A stretch of DNA of 64,000 nt. Source: Isurus oxyrinchus (lineage: Eukaryota). Where the stretch lies: contig JANJGN010000152.1 of the NCBI GenBank assembly GCA_026770705.1, forward strand, positions 806,001 through 870,000, written 5' to 3'. The position numbers and the translations under genes were made by a program. Each line of letters begins with the position of its first letter. Position 1 is the stretch's first letter. Below, piece after piece: positions 36,271 through 49,169 of the stretch. The notes under the pieces are model-generated. The model worked only from the letters and a program-made list of their open reading frames with translations. It was not told the DNA's origin and did no database searches.

Positions 36271-37003
36271 GCGGATTCGCTGTGTCTGCCACTGGCCATA
36301 TTGCCCCAAAGAAGGCTGACTGGCATTTGCTTTCATCTAAATTAACGAAAAAAAGATATTTCAGCCCTTCGATTTGAACTCATAATGTTCTATCTTTGCT
36401 AATGCCAATAATTTCATAGCTTACTTCATTACAAATAAGCTAGCTACTCAACTTGAAAGTTTGAAATTAAATACATTTGCCATTAGGAATTACAATTCCG
36501 ATTGGGTTGGGATTTTTCTGTCATCCAAAGTCTGCTTTCGCCCGCACACTTCAATTCGAGATCAATGGTGAAGGCATTTGCAGTTAAATAATAACACTGG
36601 AGTTCATTTCGCGAACCTGGGGCTAACATGGTTCTCATAGAGAGCTGGAGCTACATCATTTTCAATGGGCATATTATTATAGAAGCAACGTCCTCACGCT
36701 TCTTTTGTCCATGTGCTGTACAGGCAAAGGCTGCAATTAAACAGCGACGACAGATATGATATCTTTCTGGCCCTGCCAGTGTCAAGATATCATGAAAAGG
36801 TAACCTTTCCTGTCAGTATCCAAGGTGTTCTCGACAGCATTCCCTGTAAATTGGAGCCCCGTGGACTCAAGGATCTCTTTCACATTCATCTGCAGTTATT
36901 ATAGCAACACCAACAGGTCTGTGTGGTTTCCATTTTACCTTGTTAGTGTTCAATATTTGAGGAAATTCTACATTTTGTTTCAGCTGCTTTAATTGTTCGT
37001 ATT

Positions 37004-37140
37004 CACCACCTCCCCCAACTCCAACACCGCCGCCACCTCCCTCCCCCTCCACCTCCCCACCACCACCGCCCCCCCTCACCCCTCCGCGCCCCACACCCCA
37101 CCGCCAACCCCCACCCCCACCCCCACCGCCCCCCACCCCT
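37004..37140. repeat. C-rich low-complexity tract
   Basis: Runs of C and (CCA)n. Confidence 0.9.
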
Positions 37141-37199
37141 TGGCTGGGTGAATCCGTTTACCGGCAGCGATAATGCTGACGTCTCCCTTGAATTCACAA

Positions 37200-38190
37200 A
37201 ATCACAGAATCACAGAGTGCAGAAGAGGCCCTTCGGCCCATCGAGTCTTCACCAAGACCTGAGAAAAACCTGACCTACCTAGTTAATCCCATTTACCAGC
37301 ACTTCGCCCATAGCCTTGTATGTTATGACGTGCCAAGCGCTCAGCCAGGTATTTAGAACCATAAAACCAGAGAAAAGTTACAGCACAGAAGGAGGCCATT
37401 CGGCCCATCGTGTCCATGCCAGCCCGAGGACACCCAGTTGCCCTTTCTAATCACATCTGTTTGCACCCCGCCCATAGCCCTGCAGCTTACAGCACTTTAG
37501 GTGCAGCTGCAGGTACTTTTTAAAAGAGTTTAAAGTTTCTGCGTCTACTACCAACTTGGGCAGCGAATTCCTCACAACTACTACCCTTGTTAAAGTATGT
37601 GAGACAACCCGCCTTCACCACCCTCCCAAGGAGTGCATTCCAAACGTCACCACCCTCTGGGTAAAAAAAAAAATCCTCACATCCCCCCTTAACCTCCAGC
37701 CCCTCACCTTGAACTTATACCCCCTTGTGACTGACCCTTCAACTAAGGGGAAGAGCTCCTCCCTATCCACCCTGTCCATGCCCCTCATAATCTTGTACAT
37801 CTCGATCCAGTCGCCCCTTAGTCTTCTCTGCTCCAACGAAAACAACCCAAGTCTATCCAAAACAAAAACAGAGTTACCTGGAAAAACTCAGCAGGTCTGG
37901 CAGCATCGGTGGAGAAGAAAACAGTTGACGTTTCGAGTCCTCATGACCCTTCGACAGAACTTGATTTCGAGTCCAAGAAAGAGTTGAAATATAAGCTGGT
38001 TTAAGGTGTGTGTGTGTGGGGGGCGGAGAGATAGAGAGAGAGAGAGGTGGTTGTGTGGACAAACAAGCAGTCATAGAAGCAGATCATCAAAAGATGTCAG
38101 CGACAATGGTGCAATATATCCAACCTCTCTTCATAACTTAAATATTTCATCCCAGGCAAAATCCTGGTAAATCTCCTTTGCATCCTCTCC
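37200..38190 (-). mobile_element. CR1 LINE 3' fragments interrupted by a Penelope end (37861-38116)
   Basis: LGLFSLEQRRLRGDWIEMYKIMRG; the CR1 resumes after 38117; TATCCAA duplicated at 37854-37860 and 38117-38123. Confidence 0.85.
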
Positions 38191-39029
38191 AGTTCGGTAG
38201 TCCCAAGTGCCTGAAAAGGTAAACTTTCTGACTCACTGCTCAGTCCAATGACCTTCCACTGGAAAAATAGGTCTGGATCCACTTTGTCTGGACAAATTTG
38301 AACACAGAGCCGCAGTGGGTGAAGGTTGGTTTCGGGCAGATTGTGAAGACTTGACTGGGCCACCAAAGTGAATTGTCACCAATTGCTTTTGACGTTTGCA
38401 AACTGCAACCAGCCCGAATATCGGACGTGTTGTTGAGGAACACGTCAGCCACCTGGTTAGACGCCAGAGAACAAACAGGTAGGAGGCTGCCGCATTAGCC
38501 ATTCTCTGGAAAATTAAAAGATCAAAAAGTGAATCGATCAACGATAAGAAACGATTTTCCAGAGAACTGATCTTGCTGGAATTTCGTAAATGATTTGCAG
38601 GTCATGGGGGAAAGGTGCTGATTCTGGCTTAGCTACTCTCACAGAGGGCCAGCACAGATAGGATGCGATGAATGGCCTTCCTCTGTGCTGTAACCACGCC
38701 ATAATTTTATGATTCTAATCACTGTCATGAAATATGATATATCCAATTGGGACATTCATTTTATCTTCATGTGGCTATTCTGGGTGACTGGGTTGGAAAA
38801 TGAAGCTATTGAAAGTTTTGCATGTTTGCCCTGCATTAACAGAGGTCCATGGTGAGGGCCGGATACCCCAACTTTAATTCTCAATGTATTTTGAAAGTAT
38901 ATCAATCACAGTCAGCAATCTACCTCTGTTTCTATCCCCACAGCAGCTTTTCCTTAATGATCCTCAGAAAGCGATGTCGAAGGATTAAAATCTGATACTA
39001 ATCACTGGGCAAGGCAAGTGAATGAAAGG

Positions 39030-39190
39030 TCTGGAAGATGGGGAAAGGGATATTAAAATATAAATGATGAATACACCCTGAGATGATATTTCTGAAGATG
39101 GGGAAAGGAATATTAAAATATGAAGGAAAGATAGACACTGAGAAGTGAATTCTGAAGATGGGGAAAGGATACTAAAATATGATGAAAATA
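39030..39190. repeat. 60-bp tandem repeat, about 2.6 copies
   Basis: tctgaagatggggaaagga.tattaaaata at 39031, 39091 and 39151. Confidence 0.9.
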
Positions 39191-39624
39191 TGTGATGAGC
39201 TGTGTTTTCTGAAGCCATTCATTGTATCGAGGGTGGGGATCGATGATAAAGGAGCGAAAGACAATTCAAACCCCTTTTATTTTGCTTCTCCCTGCATCAC
39301 ATCTTCTTCTAACCTGAACGAGAGTTGTAAGGACAGTTTTTCATGCACTATGGGTGTTAGTTCTTGTTAATGAGTATTCAGCCTGCATCTCACCCTGGGA
39401 GCTTTGGACCCGCTCGGAGTGTTCTGTCTTCAGTAACTGGATGCAGAGAGTCGATGCGATGCAATCTCATTTACAAATCCGAAGGTTCTGGAGGTTATGG
39501 GTTTTTAAATATATCCTTACTTGTACAGAGAGGCAGAATCCACCACTGAGTTTCTAACAAAGTTTTAAGTATAAACTGCAGCAGGGGTCAGTGCTCGAAA
39601 TGTTGTTTAAATTATAGGGAGAGC

Positions 39625-39960
39625 TTTTCTTTTACTCATTCACGGGGTGTGGACTTCGCTGGCTCGGCCAGCATTTATTGCCCATCCATACTTGCTATTG
39701 AGAAAGTGATGGTGAGCTGCTCCTTGAACTGCTGTAGTCCAGGTGGTGTAGGTACATCCAGAGTGCTGTAAGGAAAGAAGTTCCAGGAGTTTCATCCAGC
39801 GGCAGTGAAGGAACGGTGATATATTTCCATGTTAGGATGGTGAGTGACTCGGAGGGGAACTTCCAGATGGTGTTACTCCCATCTATCCGCTGCCTTGTCC
39901 TTCTAGATGGCAATGGTCGTGGGTTTGGAAGGTGCGGTCGAAGGAGCCTTGGTGAATTGC
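39625..39960 (-). mobile_element. CR1 LINE 3' fragment
   Basis: Homologous to 14520-14840. Confidence 0.85.
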
Positions 39961-40648
39961 TCTATGTTAATTCCTCTAGGTTTGCTCAAGTACTTGTTCG
40001 GTAACAACAGATATCACCATTATAAATCACTGAGACAAAATACAGAATCGTTCTTAGCTCAATAGTTAACTGACACTTGAGGGAAAACTCAGCGGAGTCA
40101 CTGTTCCGACTCTCCTTCTGGTCAGGTCAGCCTTGAGTTTTCCAGTTACAATAATCAGCCACTGTTACATCGGTAGCTAAATCTGAAACATTCCCCCTAT
40201 GAGCACATTAAATATCGTCCAGCTTTGGGCACTTAAATACACTGACAACCAGAACACCACCCTCGGCTTCCAAAGCTGAGCCATTCCCCCTATAAAGGCA
40301 CTGACCATTGTCCAGTTCGGTGTGTTTACATTCACTGAGGACCAGCTCACCAACAACCGCTCTCACAGCACCACTGAGGACATAAGGAAGTGAGGTGAGA
40401 ACACCCTGAGACACGACAGCATAGTAATGATGAAGGGGTTTAGAACAGGTGTCTTCAAATATTCAACTCCCCTTTTACAGAGCCGACAGCGACAATGCGG
40501 CAACTCAGCCTCTGGGTTCTGTGGGGAGCATTACTGACAGGTAATCGAGGACCACACACATTTCATCTTCATCTTTCACATTTTCCGCACATCCTTTAAA
40601 TGTTAAACACCCGCTGGTCTGATTTATTTTCTGTTTCAACATGTTCAG

Positions 40649-40991
40649 AACTAATTCATGGAGATTTTGTAAGAGCCGCTGCCCTCAGATGCTCAGGAAA
40701 AGGCGAAGTAGTGACTTTAAGCTGTAGCTATCACACGACAAAAAACAGCTCTTGGCTATACTGATATAGGCTACATCTAGACGCCCAGCTCGGGTTTTTA
40801 TTGCTGAAATCCACGAGCGGTTATGAAGAAAAAACAAATTTTGCCCAAATCCGTTTCCCAGTCGAGTTCCAGTCCTCCACGAAATTCACCAGTTGAACCA
40901 TCTCGGGTCTGCAGCTGACTGACGCTGCCGTGTATTGCTGCACTCTCACACTCACAGTGATGGAAAACAGTCTCACCCCTGTGCGCAAACT
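40649..40991 (+). pseudogene. TCR V pseudogene (delta-like)
   Basis: GEVVTLSCSYHTTKNSSWLY*YRL..NFAQIRF..*TISGLQLTDAAVYCC; RSS CACAGTG(40953-40959)-23-GCGCAAACT. Confidence 0.9.
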
Positions 40992-41384
40992 GTCTTTGAA
41001 CTGTGACTCGGAACTCCTGTCCATTTGGGTTTATGTGTAGAATCTCGGGCAGATGCAGCCACAATGTTCAGCGATGCTACCGGCCATTCAAACACAAACC
41101 GAGAGGAAACCACATTCACCTCGGATCAAACTGTCACCCAACAGTTTCCTAGCGGCCGAGAAAACAAACTGCAGATTCCAATCCGACTGAATCGGCAAAG
41201 AAGCATATTTGAGGACAGCAGTTCTAATCCTCAATACTCTGCTGCCGTGTTTCAGGACTCTCTCAGGTCGCTTCCTTGTGTATACAGTGATGGTGGTGAG
41301 CTGGCTGCTGACCACAAGCTGGGCTATCGTCCTGATAAGGGAGTGTTTGCATGTTTAGAGACCAAGTCGATGGAGGGAATGAAA

Positions 41385-41750
41385 CTCTCCAGTTCAATGC
41401 TATGCACTGTCCTTCCAGAATGTCAATTCAGATGGACACGGCACTCATTCATGTAAGACAAATGCAGAAAGTTTCGAAAGTCTGAGCAACATTATTTATG
41501 GAAGCGAGACCCATTATTTAAGCATATACTGAAAGAGTAGGAAGACCGTTATTATCAGTAGTAAGGGAACATAGGGAGAACAAGGTGTCTGGTTTGGAGT
41601 TCGACAGAAAATCAGAGAATGTTCCAAATATGTTGTTCCTTCTGATATTAAAGTGTAACTCAGATCAGGATCAGGCTTCACTTACTGAGAAACTGAAGGG
41701 ATTTCCCAGGCACACGATTGGCTGGTTTATCAGGAATGATGACGCTTATG
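41385..41750 (-). pseudogene. 5' fragment of a V with its leader and promoter (paralog of 20730-21130)
   Basis: caatgctatgc.ctgtccttccagaa..attcaga..acaaatgcagaa homology. Confidence 0.7.
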
Positions 41751-42009
41751 TTCTCCAAAATGTAGTTTGGGTGTGGAATCCGCAATCAAATACAGCTATT
41801 CTACACAAAGATCAGTCGCACGGTTTCAGTCAATAGGTGAGAACTGAAAAGGTTTCCGATCAAATCAAGAATCAAATCAGAGAGGGCTGCCCGCTCTCCT
41901 CTGCCTTCTTCATATTTTGCATAAAACTGAGTCAATCAGGAAGGATGTCCGGGACGGGGGGTGGTTGTGGAGGGGGGGAGGGGGTGGGGGTTGACGGGGG
42001 GGAGTTGGA

Positions 42010-43500
42010 GGTTTAAGGGGTTTGATCTCAGGCAGCGGAGGCAGACAGGTCAACGTCTCCCTGTATATAGACAATGTCACTGTCTTATACTCGGACCCGC
42101 TGTCAGTCATGAACACCTGCGCCCAGTTTAAACTGGCCTCAGAGCTAAGGTGAATCGTGGCAAGAGCTAGTACATGATTTTTGGGCCAACAGACCCTTTG
42201 CCCTCTTCATTGTCAGGTCAGACTACCTGGAGATATGGTTGTGAGAGTCCGGACCGTGCGCCTGAGCCTGGGAAGGACGTATAGCTAAGGTGAGGCGGGA
42301 ACTGGGCATGGGGGAGCGACTCTGCCTCTCCATTGTGAGTATCAACCTGCTCATCAGGTGTGAAGTGCCCTCGGTGTTGCTGTACATAATCTAAGCCCTG
42401 CAACTAGATGCTGCATGGCAGCAGTCCACAAAGTCATATTCTGCTTCATCTGGAGGTCAAAGATGGAGCGTGCCCACAGTGACACCATGTGCGAAGCTCT
42501 GGAATAGGGGTGGGGGTGGGGTGGGGCGGAGGCAAGGAAACGTGCCTCACATCACCCTCATCCTGATGGCCGCCTTTACATGTGCCTGAATCAAGCCGTG
42601 TGTAGACCCTTAATAAGCGAACAACAAGTGTCGCTAAATGCAGTCACTACCTGTCCCCAGTGTTGCAAAGAATGAGTCTGGCCACTTTACCTCAGTACGC
42701 TCCAAGTAGTTGCTCTATGTCCATTCATCCATCCCTGGTGGGAAAGGTTTGTATGAAAAAAACATTCACTGACCACAAATCCATGAGACAGCGGTCAGCA
42801 CGTTCCATCCTATCGGCCCTGAGGTAGATGGAGATGTTGGGCCTTGTCGGATGGATCCTTGAGCAGATTGTCAAAGTCATTGGGGAAAATACCTCAGCAC
42901 CAGAACTTTCAATCAAACACCAAGGCCGTGGCTGTGTGGTGGTGAGAAAGGCCCTCCCCATCAGATCCTTCATGCACGCCCTAAATCTCTGTGCCACCGC
43001 ACGCTGCCTCAAAAGCAGCTGCGGTGGTGTACAGACAGTGGAACAACTCCTTCTAGAATGTGGCTTTGCAAAGAAGGGGATGCGGTGGAGTTAGTCACCC
43101 CAACAGATCTGTCACGCAGGACTCTAAGCTCTGTGGGAAGTTTCCAGGGACGCACAGCGACAGATATCAACTACTGCTGAAGGATGTTCAACTCGGTTAA
43201 AATGGTTCTTTTTTCTGCCTGAAACTTGCTGCTCCCCTAGTGCAAAGAATTGATCACGGCCGAGCATTGCACACTGGCAAATACCAAAGTCCAAGACTAC
43301 GTGCTGGCAGATCCACTAAAGCTTGGGGCAGTCGCTGCAAAGGTGCAATGGGGAAAGGCCACTGCCTAGAACTTTTCAGGTATAGTGCGCCGAAGGCCGG
43401 TTAACTGTGTAAAACCCCTCGGGCTGTACACTTGTCATTGACTGTATATAGTAAATGCAGTTATAATGATGCACCTCAGAGTGCAACACGCTGCATGGAC
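42010..43500 (+). mobile_element. Degenerate L1/Tx1-clade LINE 3' part
   Basis: SLYIDNVTV (YxDD-like) and a C-terminal zinc knuckle C..SCGGVQTVEQLLLECGFAK. Confidence 0.7.
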
Positions 43501-43599
43501 AAAAGTTAAGGATTATTGCAATTTCAGTTTGAAATGTTTTGGAAAGTACTTAGTTATTTTACGGATAAAGCATATTATTTGCAGAAATAATTACGATTG

Positions 43600-44150
43600 G
43601 ACAATAAATGCTGGCGGTGCACATCCCAAAAATTATTATATAATCCATGTTGATATATCCGATAGATTACTCTACTTAAACCTATGCGTAACAATTCAGA
43701 AAGGATATTAGGACTCGAATGGATGCAGAGCAGATTTATTAGAATGGAACCAAAGATGCTGGACTTCAGCCATATGGAGTGACTCGAAAGGCTAAGATTA
43801 TTCTGGTTTGAGCAAAGGCAGTTGAGAGCAGATTGAATATAACTGCTCCAAATTTTGATAGAGTAGGTTAGGGAAAAATTGCTTCTATTGGAAGTAAAGT
43901 CCTCAATAATAGGAGACTGATACGACGTGATCGACAAAAAAAAAACGAGATAGAGATGAGTCGATATTTTTACATACGAGTTGTTGTATGGAATGCATTG
44001 CTGGAAATGGTGGTAGAAGCAGATTCAATAGTAACTATCAAAAAGTCAATTGGATAATTTCTTGAAGGAAGATATATATTCCAATGCAGTGGGGCAAGGT
44101 AGGTCAGTTGAAATTAATTGGATAGATCTTTCAAAGAGCAGGATAGGCGC
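43600..44150 (+). mobile_element. Degenerate CR1 LINE 3' fragment
   Basis: gcagagcagatttattagaatg..agcaaaggcagttgagagcagatt..tggaatgcattgc. Confidence 0.65.
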
Positions 44151-44248
44151 CAGTGCTATGGCGGTCTGATCAGTTCATGGGAATTGCAGTCTTGTTGCAA
44201 CCTCGTCCTGACCACAATGAAACATCCTCTGTGAAAACAGATGCAGTC

Positions 44249-44287
44249 AGTTTTTGTACGAGAGAAGGATTGGGTTGTGTCACTGTG
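44249..44287 (-). other. 23-spacer RSS
   Basis: CACAGTG-23-ACAAAAACT. Confidence 0.95.
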
Positions 44288-44747
44288 TCGATCTGATCGG
44301 GCGAATCCACAAAGGCAGAGTGCCGTGTCTCTCAGCTGAAGAGCAGTGACTGTTAAAACAGACATTTTTGACGATTTGTTTATTACAGAACTGAAGCGAT
44401 TCCCAATGTTTTCCGCTTTCCCTCCACTGCCACTGGTACTTCTCCACACTATCATCTCCGGGCGATCATCGGGATACTTTCGGTACCAGTACAGGTCATA
44501 CCAGGTTGCTGTTGTCGAATAGCTGCACTGCGTTCTGAACGTCTGTCCGATTTTCAGGACGACTGCTGACCAATCCTGGGACACACAATCTTCGTGACTC
44601 AGATCTAATTGAAAGTATAGATTACAACTGAATTGTGAATTTTCTAAGAATCAGTGAGTTTTTAATGGTTTTTAATATAACTTCCCATGTAGACTTACCA
44701 AATGCTAAGTAGGTGAGGGTAGTTAAAAGGGTGAATTTTAAATGCAT
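44288..44747 (-). CDS. Apparently functional TCR alpha/delta V gene (leader 44699-44747, V exon 44288-44604)
   Basis: MHLKFTLLTTLTYLAF/DLSHEDCVSQDWSAVVLKIGQTFRTQCSYSTTATWYDLYWYRKYPDDRPEMIVW..DTALCLCGFARSDR; 94-bp GT-AG intron. Confidence 0.9.
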
Positions 44748-45269
44748 GATCTCTGTGAATCCCAGCCGCAGTGCGTCTCTGCAGGTTGATCTGATTGTCC
44801 TTTGCGGGAAGCTGATCGAGTACTTATGTTGAGTAGCTCGTATGTGCTGGGTTAAACAAACCAGGAGCATCCGATAGCCGCTCCTGAGATAAATTAGCAT
44901 ATGAGGGAGAGATCCAATCTGATTGGACGAAAGGACGTGACATGTAAATTTATTCTCAGATGTTGTCGTTGCTGGTGGGTCCGCAGTTGTTATCAGTACC
45001 CAGTTGGCCCAAGAGAGGAGCGTCAGTACCACACGAAAGTCGTTTTTCTTAACATTCTGGTCATATGGCCCAGCAAGGTGCTCAGTTACATAAAGGCAAA
45101 TAAAGTTAGGCAATAAATCCAATCATGACAGCACATGCATCTCCGGAAAATAAACCGAAACCTTCCCAACAATTTGAACACATGGCCTACATCACCTCAG
45201 ACGTAACATTATATTGAATCTTCTTCCTTCACCGTCAGTGGCCTTTCATTAAAGTTAAACAGCATAATT

Positions 45270-45657
45270 TTTGTGAGGAGGGAGGAGGTAAAGGGGCAGG
45301 TGATGCACCTTCTGCGATTGCACAGGAAGGTGCCTTGGGAGATTGATGAAGTGTTAGGGGTGATGGAGGAGTGGACCAGGCTGTCGTCGAGGGAACAGCC
45401 CCCACAGAATGCCGACAGGGTTGGTGAAGGGTTGGTGTGTTTGGTGGTGGCATCGTGCTGGAGTTGGCAATCGCAGAAGGTGCAACACCTGCCCCATTAC
45501 CTCGTCCTTCCTCACCGCCCACGGGCCCAAAGACTCCTTTCAGGCGAAGCAGCGCTTCATTTGCACCTCCTTCAATTTGCTCTGCTGCATTCGTTGCTCC
45601 CCATGCGGTCTCCTCTACATTGGAGAGACCAAATTCAGACTGGGCGACCACTTTGCA
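45270..45657. mobile_element. Small inverted Penelope (GIY-YIG) fragment
   Basis: RRCNTCP..FICTSFNLLCCIRCSPCGLLYIGETKFRLGDHFA on plus, preceded by a minus-strand piece. Confidence 0.8.
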
Positions 45658-45659
45658 AT

Positions 45660-46505
45660 GAATTACATAGATTCAGCACTTTCTGGCTAAAGAAGTTTCG
45701 CTTCATATCTGTTCTGAAAGGTCTTCCCTTTACTTTGAGGCTGTGCCCTCAGGTCCTAGTCTCCCCTACTAATGGAAATATCTTCCCCACATCCACTCTA
45801 TCCAGGCCTTTCAGTATTCTGTAAGTTTCAATCAGATCCCCTCTCACCCTTCTAAACTCCATCAAGTATAGACCCAGAGTCCTCAAGCGTTCCTCATATG
45901 TTAAGCCTTTCATTCCTGGGATCGTTCTCGTGAACCTACCCTGGACCCTCTCCAGTGCCAGCACATCCTTCCTGAGATACGGGGCCCAAAATTGCTCACA
46001 ATATTCTAAATGTGGTCTGACCAGGGCCTTTTAAAGCCTCAGCAGCACATTCCTGCTTTTATATTCTGGTCCTCTCGGAATAAATGCCAACATTGCATTT
46101 GCCTTCCTAACTACCACGTCAACCTGCAAGTTAACCTTAAGAGAATCCTGGACTAGGATTCCCAAGTCCGTTTGCACTCCAGATTTCTGAATTCTCTCCC
46201 CATTTAGAAAATAGTCCATGTCTCCATTCTTCCTACCAAAGTTCATGACCTCACATTTCCTCACATTTTATTCCATCTGCCAATTCTTTGCCCATTCTCC
46301 TAACCTGTCCAAATTCTTCTGCAGTCCTCATGCCTCCTCAATGCTACCTGTCCCTCCACCTATCTTTGCGTCATCTACAAACTTAGCCAGGATGCCCTCA
46401 GTTCCTTCATCTGTATCATTAATGTATAAAGTGAAAAGCTGTTGTCCCAACACTGACCCCTGCGGAACTTCACTAGTCACCAGCCGCCATCCTGAGAAGG
46501 ACCCC
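45660..46505 (-). mobile_element. CR1 LINE RT fragment
   Basis: VTSEVPQGSVLGQQLFTLYIND..KFVDDAKIGG; ALERVQGRFTR. Confidence 0.9.
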
Positions 46506-47979
46506 CCTAATTCCCACTCAAATGCTCCCCACCACAAATACAGATAGATAAATAGATGTAGACACAATATTCACACTCTAGCATAAACGGGTTAAAAGCG
46601 GCCAAAATGGAGTTTCGAGTTCCTGCTATGTTTGTCCTTCGTGCGGTACTATCCGTTTGGTTTAAATCTTACTGTATAGATATCTGCCTGTCCATTTCAC
46701 TCTTACTACAACAATCTTCTAATGAATAATGTCTGGGTCTGTCTAGTTGGCTGCCTTTTTGCTTCTCTGCGTTTCTCTCTCTCTCCGTCACACACAACTA
46801 TGCCCCTCCCTTTCTATTCTCTAGCTCTCTCTCTCCTACTCTCCCTCGATCTCCTTCCATCATTCTCTATCTATCTGTCTCTCTCGCTGTTTCTCTCTCC
46901 CTCTCTCTTTCCCTGTTTTTGTCTTTCTCTCTGTTTCACCATCTGTATCTCTACATTTGTTTATCAACCTGTCTACCTATGAATGTCCAGCCGTTATTCA
47001 AGCCTTTCTCTCTCTTCCTCTTTGTCTCCCTGTATATACACTGTTAAATAAACCAACATATTATTACGGAAACATGCCAATGATCTGTTCTTCATGCTCT
47101 TTGCACGAGTAACCAGAAATCCTTTCTGTAGGATTGAGTTCTGGAGACTCCACCAAGCAGTGGCCATCAGCAACCCAATATCTGGAAAGGACCTCAACGA
47201 AAATTAATTATAACTGTTGAACCGCTGAATCAAGCTGTTATACATTGAACGTTATGGTCAGACCCACAGCAAGGCGTCAACTTTCATAATTAGAAAACAC
47301 TCCTATGGAAAGGGTTGTTCTAATGGCCGATCTCTGTCAATTATTGAATCGTTCTGAAAATTAAATGATTTTACACTGACTGAGGTGCAGTTCACTAATC
47401 GCGCAGTTTACCTTTGTGTCCTATGACCCACGGGGAGAAGGCACTGGGGAATTTTCGTCCAGTATCCGTGCCCTGTGAGATCAGTAAATGCGGATGCTTT
47501 AACCCCACCCAGCAGGTAGTGTACACAGATCGTGATTTTCACCCGTCTACGTTGCATCGGCTAATATCGATTTTCTGAATACAAATTAACCTAAAATCGT
47601 TTTATGCCAGATTTATAGTTTTTAATGTGATATTTTCCGTTACACTTCCACAATTTCATAAGATAGTTAAGTTTAAGTGTGTGCATCAACCAGAAAATAG
47701 GAATCTATTGCCGTTTTGCTCTATTTGTCATCGCCAATTTCAGTCCCAGTGTTCTTTTACACCAGTGTCAATGATGAAGATTTTAGTAAATATTGAACAA
47801 CATAATCATTCTGCGTTTCCATCCGCGAGCCTTTTGACTTCGAATTTGCAATGAATATGAAGCGACGGCAGACCTTATAGGGATGCAAAGTTACAGAATT
47901 TCTGATGGGTACGTTACTATTGAATTCAGAGCATGACAAATGGATTCTGCAATAACACTGCAATAACAAGCACCTCCTC

Positions 47980-48680
47980 AGCCTCGCCCGCAGCTTTCGC
48001 CTTCTGCTTTACATTGACTGCCTTGCTTGCTCTGTTTTTTTGGGTAGAATGCTGCCGTTACTCCCTGTTTGGCATTTGTTTGGATCAGCAGTCCACTGGG
48101 ATGGAAATCTGCATTTCTGATCCGACAGAGAATTAAATGAATGTGGGGTTACAAACTCAAACAGCAGCTCGCATGGCCATTTCCTCATCATTAAATCACA
48201 GCTGAATACGTACTTCCTTCCTAATAAAATCAATTATCCCCCTGACTGCCGTAGTTTAGCTACTAATTCTGCTAAAAAATAAAACTGTGACAATGGTAAT
48301 GATGACGGTAATGAGCGTTGCTTTATTTTATGTTAAAAAAGAGGGAACAAAACTCAGTGGAAAAGTTAGTTCCAGAAATGATGCTTGAAAAGGAGATTAA
48401 TGTCACAGTGAGCTGCATCTCGGAAACAAGTGATTCTAACCCTTCAGTTTTCTGTTACAGTCAGCACTACCGATTCAGGTCGCAGTGGGTGTTCCAGATC
48501 ATCGGAGAGACAGTCAACAAGAACCTTTAAATTGCTGATCGATTCTCCTGCATGTTCAGTAAAACTGCTAATACCAACGAGTCAACAATCATCAATGTCC
48601 TGATCTCCGACCCTGTCTTGTTTTTCTGTACCATGAGCACGACGCAGTTCCAGGGATACAGCGGATCCCAAACAAAAAGA
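47980..48680 (+). pseudogene. TCR V pseudogene (family of the 18108 gene) with promoter and leader relic
   Basis: Exon about 48337-48640 NSVEKLVPEM..VSC..NPSVFCYSQ..NL*IADRFS..LFFCTMST; RSS GACGCAG-24-ACAAAAAGA. Confidence 0.85.
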
Positions 48681-49153
48681 CGTTGAATATTCCAGTTACT
48701 GCTCAAGAGAGGCCATTCTCGCAGCAATAAACGGAAGCAATAATTCAGGGAGAGTCACAGAGAGGTTTTAAAAAGTGTAATGAAGCAAGGCACTCAAAAA
48801 GAACAGATGAGGTCCACTGGCAAAAATATATTCGTTTGTAATTTTAAGTTATATATGTAATAAAATACAAACTCCACAAATGCACCAATGCAGCCTGAAC
48901 TCACCCTTTGTCTGATGATTTCCTTTTTGGCCCTGTACCTTATCATTGCCTGTCTCCACTTTTACCCATAATTGTTGAACTTTCCTTTTTCCAGTATATA
49001 GTTTAACTATATAAACCATTGTTTCTGCTCGGCATGTGAATTCAAAACTGCTCCAACCGACCTTCCTTTGAACCATAAATCTCATATCGGGTTATTGAAT
49101 GAACATTGGATCTCTCACAGCCTCTCAGGGGCATCTGAACACTTCATAGAATG

Positions 49154-49169
49154 CCCACCAGGGGGCGTA
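49154..49169 (+). promoter_or_regulatory. Candidate CTCF element
   Basis: CCCACCAGGGGGCGTA. Confidence 0.7.

Noticed and set aside
36600-36865. Possible V relic (LYRQ..SIQGVLDS..C)
   Set aside because: Only two weak motifs and no convincing RSS
38190-38505. Possible Ig-like V relic on the minus strand (GCSLQTSKAIGDNSLWW)
   Set aside because: Too degenerate, no YxC or RSS, and truncated by a CR1
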